64,000 nt of DNA, from the NCBI GenBank assembly GCA_964519305.1, contig CAZFHY010000008.1:1-64000 (forward strand), read 5' to 3'. Position 1 is the first letter of the stretch, and every line of letters starts with the position of its first letter. Origin of the DNA: Candidatus Undinarchaeota archaeon (GTDB taxonomy: Archaea; SpSt-1190; JASMDC01). Positions 45,696 to 56,060 of this stretch are shown one piece after another. The translations under genes and the position numbers were made by a program. The notes under the pieces are model-generated. The model was not told the DNA's origin. It saw only the letters and a program-made list of their open reading frames with translations, and ran no database searches.

Positions 45696-47039
45696 CTACT
45701 GTCCTTCAAGGGATAGTGCATGGTCGAGGTGCATCTTCGCCTGGTCGGTCCGACCCTGAGCCTCAGCGGCCTTGGCCGCGTTCCTCCAGAAGGTCGGGTT
45801 CTTTCCGTTCAGGACACATGCTTTATCAAAATGGTCAGAAGCCTTGTCGAACAGCCCTACGACCATGTAGACCTCACCGATGTTGTTCCATAGATCGGCA
45901 TCGCTCTCATCGAGAGCTAGAGCCTTAGAGAAGCATGAGAGCGCTTCATTGTGCCTGTTCTGTTGCAGGAACGTTATGCCGAGATCGTTCCAGGCGGACG
46001 GGTCCCGGTCATTGGTGAGCTTGAGGGCGTTCTGAAGGCAGGCCGTGGCCTGGTCGAGGTCGCCAATCTTGCCATAGACCGCACCAAGGCTCGTCCATGC
46101 CTCAGCAAGTGTCCGGTCCGCTTTGATCGCCCGTGTGAGGACCTCACGTGCTTGCTCGAGATGTCCATCCTCGAAGAACAAGGACCCGAGATTGTCAAGG
46201 GCCTCAGCGTACTGAGGGTTGATGTTAGTGGCGGCCACGAAGCAACCCCGCGCTTTCTCACGCATGTCCATGCGTTTATAGAGCAGGCCGAGGTTGTTCC
46301 ATGCGCACTCGTCCTTAGGGTCCATCCACACCGCCCAACGGAGGTAGTGTTCGGCCTCACTCAGCTCACCGAGCTTCTCGTACACCTCGCCGAGGTTGTT
46401 CCATGGTTCCTTGAGGGACGAATCGCAGGATATAGCCTTCTTGAAATGGGCGACCGCTTCGCTGACCGATGACTCGGTCCATGGTTCGGCATAGGAACGA
46501 GTGAGCTCTAGAGTGACCAGACCGAGGTTGTTCCATGCTTCCGCGTACCTCGTGTCCAGTTCGCATGCTTTTTGGAAGCACTCCTTTGCACGGGATAGCA
46601 CGTCCGAGTCGGTCGCCGTCACGAGACCGGCACGTTTCTTTACGAAGTCGAGCCTTCTAAGGGATACACCAAGGTCATTGAGCAGGAACTCGTCCTTGGG
46701 CTTCAGGTCGCATGATGACTCTAGCGCGCGGACCGCTTCCTCGAACGCAGTGACAGCTGCAGTAAGGTCTCCGGTCCTTTCGTGGGTGAGCCCGATGTTC
46801 AGCATTACCTCGCCATCCCCGGGAAGGATGTTCTTTGCAGCGGTGAGGCATCTGATTGCCTCGCTGAAGCGTCCCAGACGACGGTTGATAAGGCCCGCGA
46901 GCACCCATGCTTCACCGAGCTTCTCATCTGAACGGAGGGCCTGATTGACCGCATCGAGCGCCCCTTCGAGGTCGCGCTTGTCCAAGAGGTCCTCGGCCTT
47001 GCGCAAGGCTTCTATCCCCGGGGAGGACTCGGGACTCAT
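45696..47039 (-). CDS. tetratricopeptide repeat protein
   Basis: multiple AWNNLG...A...F..A TPR units. Confidence 0.92.
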   Translation of the reverse strand: MSPESSPGIEALRKAEDLLDKRDLEGALDAVNQALRSDEKLGEAWVLAGLINRRLGRFSEAIRCLTAAKNILPGDGEVMLNIGLTHERTGDLTAAVTAFEEAVRALESSCDLKPKDEFLLNDLGVSLRRLDFVKKRAGLVTATDSDVLSRAKECFQKACELDTRYAEAWNNLGLVTLELTRSYAEPWTESSVSEAVAHFKKAISCDSSLKEPWNNLGEVYEKLGELSEAEHYLRWAVWMDPKDECAWNNLGLLYKRMDMREKARGCFVAATNINPQYAEALDNLGSLFFEDGHLEQAREVLTRAIKADRTLAEAWTSLGAVYGKIGDLDQATACLQNALKLTNDRDPSAWNDLGITFLQQNRHNEALSCFSKALALDESDADLWNNIGEVYMVVGLFDKASDHFDKACVLNGKNPTFWRNAAKAAEAQGRTDQAKMHLDHALSLEGQ

Positions 47040-47062
47040 TGGGATTCGGCCACCCGATGAAA

Positions 47063-48718
47063 CTATTTAAATCCCATCGCGCGGGCGATACGACGGCCGA
47101 ACCGTCGCAATCGCATCCTGCGACGCCATTCGTCCGTGACCCCAGAAAGGTCCTGTCCACCGACCTCATCTATCAGAGCGTGGAGCAAATGGTCACGGTC
47201 CTCCTCAGGTCCCTCTGAGATGCGGTCGAGCTCAACAAGGAGAAGGGCCTCGTCCGCGGTCCGCTGGAGACGTTCCTCTGCTTCCCATTCGCTGAAGATA
47301 CCGGTGTTGCGATAGGCCAACGTCAGTCTTCGGTCAGAGGTGAGAGCGAGCTCAACGAGTTCCTCGGGATCAAAATGATCGGTCCGGTAACCGAACCACG
47401 CCTTCCAGCTGGGATCGAGGAACAGCGTCCTGTGGTCCTCCAGTGTGCGGGCGGTCAGAGTATAGCCATACGATGAAGGATCGAGGAACGCGGGTGAGCC
47501 GGGATCCACGGTGAGCTGGACCCCGAAGTCCGGCTTGATGAACACACGGTCACCATGGTTGAGGTTGATGAGCTGTTCCCACAACGACCAAGTGGCGGCA
47601 AGAGACGTGCGTGTCTGATGCCCCAGTCCGATGGTATAGTACACGGCCGTGTAGATATGGAGGCTCTCGCACGTCCGAAGACAGGCCTCGAGCGCAGCAT
47701 TACTGTAACGTCGCCCGTGAGCACGTCGGACGTTCTCATCAGCCGATTCGGGGGAGATCGTGAAGCCTACCTTTCGTAGTCGGGACCAAGGGAGGAGGAA
47801 CTCGTGGGATGCCGGAGAGAAGAGCTCCATGGTGACGCGGTCTAGCTCGGGATTCTCCTTTCGGATGAGCTCTACGAGACGCTTCCAGTACTTCTTCCCC
47901 CCCATGCGGACGTCATGGAACAGGAACACGCCGTTGATCTCAGTATCAGCAAGACGACAGAGGTCGTCGACGATCCGCTCCGGGCTCCGGAGGAGCGGTC
48001 GCTGGACGGAGAACTGCCGGCAGAACGGCTCGTAGGAACCCCCACAGGTCGAGCACCGGTAGACGCAGCCACGCATGGTCGGGATGCACCAGTACCTGAG
48101 ATCTATCTCAGGATCGAACTCCAGGAATCCACGGCCCTCTACAAGGTCCAGTGTCGCGTAATCAAGGTCATTGATGTCCTTTGGAGGCTTGGCTGGATCG
48201 TTCCTTACGAGCCTGCCGTCCTTTCGATAAGCGATACCGGGGACCTTAGCGAGCGGTCGTCCGCGGGCCAGTGGTATCATGGCGGCCTCGGCAGGCCCTA
48301 CGACGACCGCATCGACATAGGGGTGCTCGTCGAGGACGTTCTCCCAGAACTCGGACGCGCTGATCCCTCCCATTACGATCCGTGCATCGGGGTGGTGCTC
48401 CTTGAGGAGTCGTGCGGTCTCGAGGGCCCCGTGCGCGTGAACGATCCAGTGGAGGGAGACTCCGTAAACGTCCGCTTCGAGCTCATGGATGTAGCGCTCG
48501 ACATCCATGGTCGGATCTTCGATCATAAGTGATCCTAGGTTCACGACGCGAGCGCCGATGCCCTCGTTGTGGAGGAGATTGGCCAGTGATACCAGACCGA
48601 CGGGTAGCATGGTGAACTGGTGTGTGTAGGGTTGTGTACGACCGGCCGGGCCCGGGAAGAACGGGCGCGTCCGAAAATCGAACGTGGCGGGAGGATGGAT
48701 AAGGATAGCGTCGGACAT
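47063..48718 (-). CDS. B12-binding radical SAM protein
   Basis: LIHPP..FDFR N-terminus, LHW..H.HGA, RGCVYRCSTCGGS CxxxCxxC and ISPES motifs. Confidence 0.88.
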   Translation of the reverse strand: MSDAILIHPPATFDFRTRPFFPGPAGRTQPYTHQFTMLPVGLVSLANLLHNEGIGARVVNLGSLMIEDPTMDVERYIHELEADVYGVSLHWIVHAHGALETARLLKEHHPDARIVMGGISASEFWENVLDEHPYVDAVVVGPAEAAMIPLARGRPLAKVPGIAYRKDGRLVRNDPAKPPKDINDLDYATLDLVEGRGFLEFDPEIDLRYWCIPTMRGCVYRCSTCGGSYEPFCRQFSVQRPLLRSPERIVDDLCRLADTEINGVFLFHDVRMGGKKYWKRLVELIRKENPELDRVTMELFSPASHEFLLPWSRLRKVGFTISPESADENVRRAHGRRYSNAALEACLRTCESLHIYTAVYYTIGLGHQTRTSLAATWSLWEQLINLNHGDRVFIKPDFGVQLTVDPGSPAFLDPSSYGYTLTARTLEDHRTLFLDPSWKAWFGYRTDHFDPEELVELALTSDRRLTLAYRNTGIFSEWEAEERLQRTADEALLLVELDRISEGPEEDRDHLLHALIDEVGGQDLSGVTDEWRRRMRLRRFGRRIARAMGFK

Positions 48719-48748
48719 CGGGCCAGTACCTATCGGCCCATTAACGGC

Positions 48749-48997
48749 CTAGTCGCCAGCGATCTCTGTCCTGCTCAGTTCAGCGTCGATGGCACGCTCG
48801 ACGTAGCTCTTGGCCCAGAATAGCGAGAAGAGCACAAAGAACTTGGCCCATATCAATGCATAGCCGCTAGCGCCCCGAACCGCTCCCCGCATCGACCAGA
48901 ACAGTCCTTTCTGCCGGGATCGGCGCGCCTTCAAGTAACCGGGGGTCAGAGCATCTTCAAGATGACTGACCGCGTCCTGCGAACTATACTCCATCAT
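48749..48997 (-). CDS. small hypothetical membrane protein
   Basis: 82-aa ORF with one hydrophobic segment. Confidence 0.45.
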   Translation of the reverse strand: MMEYSSQDAVSHLEDALTPGYLKARRSRQKGLFWSMRGAVRGASGYALIWAKFFVLFSLFWAKSYVERAIDAELSRTEIAGD

Positions 48998-49087
48998 GGA
49001 CCACGCTGGGAATATAGTGTCACTCCGCAGTTATAAATCTTTCGCTCAGCTGTTTCTTTTTTAAGAATGCCCGTCCGTTTGAGTGGT

Positions 49088-50467
49088 ATGCCTCCGGCCT
49101 CGCGCTATGTGCTGCTCATAGCGCTCATGGTGATGATGGTCAGTGCCTGTGCTATGGTCGCCGGGGCAGACGAGGACGCATCTGCGATATCGGATGCTCC
49201 TAACGTGACCCACGCACCCACAACCGGGGAGCACGCTGGTGAGCAAGGTGGGATCGCGGAGAAGTTACGCCATGTGGCGAACGAGCCCCTTGTCGTGCTG
49301 GGGATCATCCTTCTCGCGGCCGAGATCGGTGGAGAGGTCTCACGCAAGTTCTTCGGAACACCGACGGTCATCGGCTACATGATGTCCGGGATCCTTATCG
49401 GCCCATCTTTCCTCGGGCTGGTCACACCTGTCGGAGAGGTCGCCACCTTCATCAAGTTCTTCCAGTTGCTGGCCGTGTTCCTACTACTTTTCGGGGTGGG
49501 GCTGCACGCTAACATCAATACGCTCCGCAGCCAGGGCAAGGCCGCCTTCCTCACTGCTTTTGTCAACGCAGCATTCTCGTTCCTCGTTGGATTCGCTCTC
49601 TACTGGTACGTCATGTCCCCCGATGGCCAGGATCCCCAGATAAAGCTACAGATCGCGCTCATCATGGGCGCAGCTTTCACTCCCACATCAGCTTCGATCC
49701 CGGCGAGCATCCTACAGGAGATGCGGAAGAGCACGACCTTGGAGGCAGCGACCATCCTGGGAGCGGCCGTCGTCGACGACGTTCTTGCGCTCGTGGTCCT
49801 AACGGTCGTTGCCAGTATCATCGTCTCCGGAGGGGCCGTATCGGCAGGGAGCATCGCTACCGCGTCCTTCTTGGCGATAGGGTTCGGAGTGGTGTACACC
49901 CTCGTTTGTCTGAAGCTCATACCCTACCTGACCAACCTCTCGATCCTAATAGGCGCCGAGGACCTGGGTGCCCGGTTCGCCCTCGGTCTAGGCTTCGTTG
50001 GTGCGATCGTGGGCGAAGTGATATTCGGGCTCTCTCCTGCCATAGTCGCCTTCCTCACCGGGCTTGCGACAACTGAGAGCAAGGGCATCACAAGGATCAA
50101 GGAATACCTCGAACCGTTGTTCAACATCCTTTCACCCATCTTCTTCGTCACGCTCGGTATGTCGGTCAATGTCAACGAGATGACATCCATTCCCCTTACG
50201 CTCTTCTTTGTCATCGTGCTGGCGGCGACCCTCAGTAAGGTGATAGGGACCTTGGTAGGTGCAGGTCTCGCCGGACTTCCGGTGCATGTATGCACCCGCA
50301 CGTCCATGGGGATGATCCCGCGCGGAGAGATCGCATCGATCGTCGCGACACTTGCAGTGGACTCCGGGCTCATTGGGCTCGACCTCTATGGTGCTATCAT
50401 CGGGATGGTCATTTTCACGAGCCTGGTGACCCCCAGCCTGATGATGAAATCATTCGAAGAGGACTGA
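49088..50467 (+). CDS. CPA2 cation:proton antiporter (NapA/Kef type)
   Basis: GILIGP, PTS, GAAVVDD, PIFFV and MIPRGE motifs; ATG 49067 is the alternative start. Confidence 0.92.
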   Translation: MPPASRYVLLIALMVMMVSACAMVAGADEDASAISDAPNVTHAPTTGEHAGEQGGIAEKLRHVANEPLVVLGIILLAAEIGGEVSRKFFGTPTVIGYMMSGILIGPSFLGLVTPVGEVATFIKFFQLLAVFLLLFGVGLHANINTLRSQGKAAFLTAFVNAAFSFLVGFALYWYVMSPDGQDPQIKLQIALIMGAAFTPTSASIPASILQEMRKSTTLEAATILGAAVVDDVLALVVLTVVASIIVSGGAVSAGSIATASFLAIGFGVVYTLVCLKLIPYLTNLSILIGAEDLGARFALGLGFVGAIVGEVIFGLSPAIVAFLTGLATTESKGITRIKEYLEPLFNILSPIFFVTLGMSVNVNEMTSIPLTLFFVIVLAATLSKVIGTLVGAGLAGLPVHVCTRTSMGMIPRGEIASIVATLAVDSGLIGLDLYGAIIGMVIFTSLVTPSLMMKSFEED

Positions 50468-50546
50468 CCTGAGCCGTTGTCCCCCCTCCGGAGTAACAAA
50501 GTATATAAGCAACCTTGCCTGCTAGTTTGGACCCTGGGACGGAGCT

Positions 50547-52121
50547 ATGGAACTACACCTCTCGCGTGACACGGTCGACGAGATCCAGTCCTATCTTCAG
50601 GACAACGATCTCGGTGGCTATTTTGTCTATACCGAGGAAGGCTCCGATCCCTATGCCGAGAAGGTCGCCGAAGTATCGAACTCGTGGCCTGCCGCGTTCT
50701 ATGTCCCTGCCCAGGGGGACGCGGTCGCGATCGTCAGCCACGCGGAAGCGGGCGCGGTTGAGCAGGCAGGTGTGTTCGACAAGGTCAAGGCCTGGAACTC
50801 CTACAGCGAGTTCAACGCCTACATCGGCAAGGCGCTCGATAGCGCCGCAGGACCCGTAGTCATTGATTCATCCTCCGGCGATGCACGCACCGATTACCTC
50901 TCACACGACTCTTACGAGGACATATCCCGTCTCACCAGCGCTGCTGATTTTCAGGGTGCAGACGGTCTGTGGGACTCAGTCGGGTACGTCAAGGCCAGGG
51001 AGAAGACAATAACGGCCAGCGATGCCACCCGGTCGACGCGACTTGACCAGCTGGCCGCCGGTGTGAAGAAGGCAGGAGCGGATGCTCTCGTCATGCTCTC
51101 CGGTATCGGCCAGGCGGCCGATGTCATCACGACATACACGCTAGGCCGCGCAGACGATGAGCGCTCCGCCGTCATCGTCAAACCCGATGGGGAAAAGGTA
51201 GCTCTCGTCTCGTCCACTGACGTGTCCAATATCGGGGCCGGAGCGTTCGACCGAGTGCTAACGTACGACAACTCGGCTCAGTTCGAGTCCGCTCTTGAGA
51301 GTGAGCTCGACGGGACCGGGAAGTTGCTCTACAATCCCGATATCACTCAGGGTAATTACGAACTGCTCGAGAAGGCCAGTTCAGGCGATCTCAGCTCCGC
51401 TAATAGGCTTTTCTTCGACGTCCGCAAGACCAAGACCTCCGAAGAGATCGCAGATATCCAGAAGGCGGTGGACATCACGAAGGACGTCGTAGAGAAGGTC
51501 ATCGATTCCATCGACGTGGGGACCACGGAGAAGGAGATCTACGATCGCATAATGGGTGAGTGGGACAAGCGCGGGCTAGATCCCTCGTTCACGCCTCTTG
51601 TGGCCATCGGAGAGAACGCCGCCAACATCCACCACCTCACGCCCACTGACAGGGACGCCCGGAAGGGCGACGTCATACTCATTGACCTCGGGGCACGACT
51701 CCAATCCGGTATGTGCTCCGACATCACCTACATGGTACACATGGGCGAGAACCCCTCGGACGAGGTCAAGGCCATGGACGAGGCCATGGACAAGGCCATC
51801 TACGCTGCCGTGGACCGCCTCCAGGTGGGGGCCAAGGGTTTCGAGGCTGACAGGGCCGCACGAGGCGTGCTCAGGAACGCCGGCTACCCCGAGTTCCGTC
51901 ACGGGACCGGTCACGCTCTCGGGTTCACCGTCCACGACCTCGGCAACGGTGTGAACGGTGGGGCATCGAAGCCCTACGAGGCCGGCGAGGTGGTCACCGT
52001 CGAACCCGGCATCTACATCGAGGGCTGGGGCGGGTTCCGCAAGGAGATAGACGTCGTCATCACCGAGGACGGACCTGTTATGCTCAACGAGCCCGCAAAG
52101 CTCGTGTGTAAGAAGGTGTAG
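50547..52121 (+). CDS. M24 Xaa-Pro aminopeptidase with duplicated N-terminal domain
   Basis: IDLG, SDIT, HGTGH.LG..VHD and TVEPGIY motifs; two similar N-terminal units ending in FD(K/R)V. Confidence 0.88.
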   Translation: MELHLSRDTVDEIQSYLQDNDLGGYFVYTEEGSDPYAEKVAEVSNSWPAAFYVPAQGDAVAIVSHAEAGAVEQAGVFDKVKAWNSYSEFNAYIGKALDSAAGPVVIDSSSGDARTDYLSHDSYEDISRLTSAADFQGADGLWDSVGYVKAREKTITASDATRSTRLDQLAAGVKKAGADALVMLSGIGQAADVITTYTLGRADDERSAVIVKPDGEKVALVSSTDVSNIGAGAFDRVLTYDNSAQFESALESELDGTGKLLYNPDITQGNYELLEKASSGDLSSANRLFFDVRKTKTSEEIADIQKAVDITKDVVEKVIDSIDVGTTEKEIYDRIMGEWDKRGLDPSFTPLVAIGENAANIHHLTPTDRDARKGDVILIDLGARLQSGMCSDITYMVHMGENPSDEVKAMDEAMDKAIYAAVDRLQVGAKGFEADRAARGVLRNAGYPEFRHGTGHALGFTVHDLGNGVNGGASKPYEAGEVVTVEPGIYIEGWGGFRKEIDVVITEDGPVMLNEPAKLVCKKV

Positions 52122-52130
52122 CGTACTCCG

Positions 52131-53315
52131 TTACTCTTCCTGCGCATCCCACATCTGCTGACGCATCTCCTCGCCTTCCTCGATCACGTCCGCTGATGGA
52201 CCGTACTTACCGCCGAGGCTATGGTCAGGGAAGATGAGCTCTTCAATCTCGTTCTGGAACTTATAGACCGCGCCGCCGATAGCGCCGACTATGAGGAGCA
52301 GGATGATGAAGAACGTCGTATATGAGACAGTTGTGCTACGGTTGAATATGGCCACCCGGTGGTTGCCCGTGTCCGCCACATAGACACGCGTTGCGGTAGC
52401 AGCGACGCCCGATGGCGCCTTGAGACGGGACTCCTCGGAAGCGGCTGAGCCTCCGATATGCTCGTCAAGGTCACCGCTCATGAAGAACACACCGATGCGG
52501 TTGTTTCGTGTGTCTGCCACGTATATGCGCTCGTCGTCAACGAACACGCCGCGCGGTGAGTGCAGAGCGATATCGCTCGTACCGGGTTCGTTCTTCCCTA
52601 TCTGGCCGACGTAATCCAGCCCTTCATCATAGTATGTGACACGATGGTTCTTCGTGTCGGCTATGTACAGGAAGTCGCCCGAGGCCATCCCTGAGGGCAT
52701 GTTGAGAGTGTTATCGCTGTCGGTAGCGGTGCCCGTGACCCCTATCTGCTTGATGTACTTGCCCTCCAGGTCGAATATGTTCAACCGATGGTTGTCGGTG
52801 TCCACTACGTAGATGGAGCTGGAGTCTGCGAAAACATCCGATGGTACGTTGAACTCGTTGGTCTCTATGCCCGCAGTCAGGTTCCCTATCTGGAACTTGA
52901 AGTTCTGGTCCAGGTCGTACACCATGACCCTGTTGTTACCCGTGTCCGCGACGTATATGGCCTCAGTAGTGGCGTACACTCCGCGCGGATTGGTGAAGTG
53001 TTCATTGTCCGTTCCTGAACCACTCTCGAACGCATCCTCTTCTCCGTTCCCGTTGATATCCTTGTAGCCACCCTTACCGCCGAGCTGTCCGACATATTTC
53101 CCGTCCAGGTCGTAGAGGACGATACGGTGGTTGCCGGAATCCGCTACATATAGGTCGGTACCGGAGACATGTACACCGATAGGGCTTTGGAGGAGGTCCC
53201 GGCCTTTCCCGGATCGTCCCGTTTCTCCTATCTGTGATCCGTATGAGGCAGCATGCACAAGTACCAACGCGAGCCATATCGTGACAGCGAGAGAAGCTCG
53301 CGTGATTCTGGGCAT
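52131..53315 (-). CDS. surface NHL-repeat beta-propeller protein
   Basis: signal peptide, repeated P.GV....YVADT.NHR units, C-terminal TM segment. Confidence 0.9.
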   Translation of the reverse strand: MPRITRASLAVTIWLALVLVHAASYGSQIGETGRSGKGRDLLQSPIGVHVSGTDLYVADSGNHRIVLYDLDGKYVGQLGGKGGYKDINGNGEEDAFESGSGTDNEHFTNPRGVYATTEAIYVADTGNNRVMVYDLDQNFKFQIGNLTAGIETNEFNVPSDVFADSSSIYVVDTDNHRLNIFDLEGKYIKQIGVTGTATDSDNTLNMPSGMASGDFLYIADTKNHRVTYYDEGLDYVGQIGKNEPGTSDIALHSPRGVFVDDERIYVADTRNNRIGVFFMSGDLDEHIGGSAASEESRLKAPSGVAATATRVYVADTGNHRVAIFNRSTTVSYTTFFIILLLIVGAIGGAVYKFQNEIEELIFPDHSLGGKYGPSADVIEEGEEMRQQMWDAQEE

Positions 53316-53481
53316 GACTGCTCCTCTGCGCCAAACCTATATAAGCTTCACGGGGGCGGCGCACAGCTCGACTCGGACGGTCCTTTCTTCAGGGGACCGA
53401 AACAGGATTGTGATGCCTCAGATGCCCGCCACTCCGCTCTAAGGTAGGTTGTTATAAAGGAATAGGGAGCCTCTCGTCCCG

Positions 53482-54024
53482 ATGCCCCTGCCTCTCGATG
53501 ATCCTCTCCTCGAAATCGGGCTCTTCTTTGCTGCAGGACATCTGATGAAGGTCGCGGACCGCTATCCTGCGCGGAGCGAGGCTTCATGGGGGATGGTGGC
53601 CGGGGCCGGGAGCGGACTGATCCTTGCCGCGCTCATGTCCGTTAGTTCTTCCTTTTCCGCAGTAGTACTGGCAATCCTTGCAGGTAGCATGGTGACCGGG
53701 AAGGTCGACTGCCCGGCGCATTGGGCCGGTCTCGGAACGCTAGTTGCCGGTGCGCTCCTCTGGGGGATCGCGACACCTGAGCTCGTGATCCTGTTGGTGC
53801 TCGCTGTAGCGGCCGCGATGGATGAAGTTGGCGACGAGGCCGCTGAATCATCCGGACGCGGTATGAAGCGGGGCTGGGTGCTCATGCTCCGCCCTTTTCT
53901 GAAGCTCACCGCGATCGGAGCGGCGATATGGGCCCTGCTCCCATGGCAGGGGGCCTGGGCAGTGCTCGCTTTCGATTCGGGCTACACCGTGGCCGATGTT
54001 GAACCGGCAGGCCGGACCTTATAG
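53482..54024 (+). CDS. hypothetical membrane protein
   Basis: K.AD, GKVD...H and DE motifs in a multi-TM protein. Confidence 0.7.
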   Translation: MPLPLDDPLLEIGLFFAAGHLMKVADRYPARSEASWGMVAGAGSGLILAALMSVSSSFSAVVLAILAGSMVTGKVDCPAHWAGLGTLVAGALLWGIATPELVILLVLAVAAAMDEVGDEAAESSGRGMKRGWVLMLRPFLKLTAIGAAIWALLPWQGAWAVLAFDSGYTVADVEPAGRTL

Positions 54025-56060
54025 AGCGTTATGCGGGCCCGGGACGTGGGCTCTTGGTACAAGCGGCTGTCAAGTACCGGCACGAGTCGGAAGTTATCAT
54101 GGTACCTGCGGCATGTAGCGGGGAGCGTCCTTCCGGTGGTAGGGAGATTCGACAGCTCCCGACAGAACACGTTCTCGTACAGGTACACGCAATCACCTCT
54201 TGTCACCATACCTTTAGCAGCATGCTCGTACTGGAGCGCCATCGCCCGCTTTCCCCATGCGTTGTTCACGAAGAAGGGCGAGGCGGTAAGGACGTAGCAG
54301 TTGTCCGGGACGGCTGCGGCGGCCACCTGTGCGAAGCTCGCCTCTTGTATCGGGCCATAAGGGCATCCGGGTGTCGAGAACACCTCGGGCAGTAATGGGA
54401 GAGAAAAGAACACGAGAACGACCAGTAGCAGTTGTGGTCGCGCCTTCGCGCGCTCGGAGGCCCACCATACGCCAGCGCCCGCGAGGATGAGCATCGGTGG
54501 ATAGGCGAGTAGCATATGACGGTCCTGATTACAGTCAGTTAGCGGGATCCGATGGAGAGTGAAGGCCGTGGCGGCCACCATGAACCAGGCCAGGAACGCG
54601 AGCGTTGTGGACCGGTCCCGTTTTGCGAGGGTTACGGCACCACAAATGGCAAGGAGGGTCACTAACGGTGAATGGTGGGCGGTCCCATACCAGAACCACA
54701 TGGCCTTGGGCACGTCCTCTCCCCCCGTTGAGAACATCTCTCCCAGAGATGAACCCGACCATGAGAGCTCGTGGGACAGGTAGGACGGGAGAATGGCGGT
54801 CCCAAGGACAAGCAAGGCGAGCATGAGGTCGCGGAGGCGTGGGCGGGCTGCGATGGCGATGGCCGGGAGCGCCATGGCGGCGGCAGGGGACACCGTCAGT
54901 GCGAGCGCCGAGGCGAAGCTGGCTGATACCAGTGCCATGGGACGTCGCCATCGGCCATGGACTAGCGCACCGCACATGGCGATGGTAAGGAGCAGTATCG
55001 ATATCGGCTCATATGAGGCCGTCGTGGCGTAGCGGACGTGTAGTGGTAGGATGGCCAGTAGCGTGGGCGGTACAAGCGCATGTACTGGTGGGAGGCCTGC
55101 CAGAAGTCCCGCGAGGAACAGGAACGGCAGGGATGCAAGGGCTGCCGCAAAGGACAGCGATGGACCTGATCCTGCTCCCATCAGGGAATCGGAGAGCGCG
55201 ATGAGCATGGGCCATCCGACAGGGAGCGGGGACGGGGCCGTTCTGTAGCACTCGCCCAGCCTGCCCATGGTGCACAGGTCGTGCTTACCTTCGACCAGGA
55301 TGAAACGGGCTCCCTCACTGTATCCCCACTCGTCCATGAACACTCGGGGCGTGAACGGTTCGACCCACGGTGCGACACGTAGCAAAAGAGCGAGAGCGCA
55401 CACAGCCCACAACGCCATGATGACCGGCCTCCCTGCGAGGGCGAACGTGTTTGCCATCGGACGTCGTAGCCGGACGAGAGAGAGCACGAGACCAGTGATC
55501 AGAAGTATCGTGAGCGACTCCTGTCTGAGACCTGCAAGTGTGCGGGCCGTCTCGTCCGGTGGTGGTGCAGGAGTGGGCGTGAACTGCCAGTCGTCCGAGA
55601 ACAGTGTGTCAGATGGTCCGGACGCGCCGGCGAACTCGTAGGCGACAGCCCCAACAGCGATGGTTGAGGGGTTGCCTATGGCCTCGAGGGATATGCTCAC
55701 CTCGAGAACATCAGGTCCATTAAGATGTGCTTCAGTCCCGATAGCGTCGAGCTCTTTGAGGATGGGCTCCTCGTCGAATAGACGGATGGTGCCATCGGGG
55801 GCGATATTCAGGGAGTACTCGCGTCCATCATCCCCGTCGGTATTTAGTACGAGCTCGATGACGTTCGCCTGATGGTACGGTCCGGTGGCCTCCACCCGGA
55901 CCATGAGGCGCCCACCTTCCATACGTGTAAGAAGTCTTGCGAGGTCCGGCCCCCCGGGGGAGGCATCGCCGGTCGGATCATCGGCGACAGTACCGGCGTC
56001 ATCCCACCCAGTCTGCCCGACCGCAAGAGCAATGATCAGAACGAGAACGGCCCACCTCAC
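53982..56060 (-). CDS. GT-C membrane glycosyltransferase with N-terminal extracellular domain
   Basis: signal peptide plus D..GD....DL beta-rich domain, then FMDEW, P.H..Y....YE; many TM segments. Confidence 0.7.
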   Translation of the reverse strand: MRWAVLVLIIALAVGQTGWDDAGTVADDPTGDASPGGPDLARLLTRMEGGRLMVRVEATGPYHQANVIELVLNTDGDDGREYSLNIAPDGTIRLFDEEPILKELDAIGTEAHLNGPDVLEVSISLEAIGNPSTIAVGAVAYEFAGASGPSDTLFSDDWQFTPTPAPPPDETARTLAGLRQESLTILLITGLVLSLVRLRRPMANTFALAGRPVIMALWAVCALALLLRVAPWVEPFTPRVFMDEWGYSEGARFILVEGKHDLCTMGRLGECYRTAPSPLPVGWPMLIALSDSLMGAGSGPSLSFAAALASLPFLFLAGLLAGLPPVHALVPPTLLAILPLHVRYATTASYEPISILLLTIAMCGALVHGRWRRPMALVSASFASALALTVSPAAAMALPAIAIAARPRLRDLMLALLVLGTAILPSYLSHELSWSGSSLGEMFSTGGEDVPKAMWFWYGTAHHSPLVTLLAICGAVTLAKRDRSTTLAFLAWFMVAATAFTLHRIPLTDCNQDRHMLLAYPPMLILAGAGVWWASERAKARPQLLLVVLVFFSLPLLPEVFSTPGCPYGPIQEASFAQVAAAAVPDNCYVLTASPFFVNNAWGKRAMALQYEHAAKGMVTRGDCVYLYENVFCRELSNLPTTGRTLPATCRRYHDNFRLVPVLDSRLYQEPTSRARITLYKVRPAGSTSATV

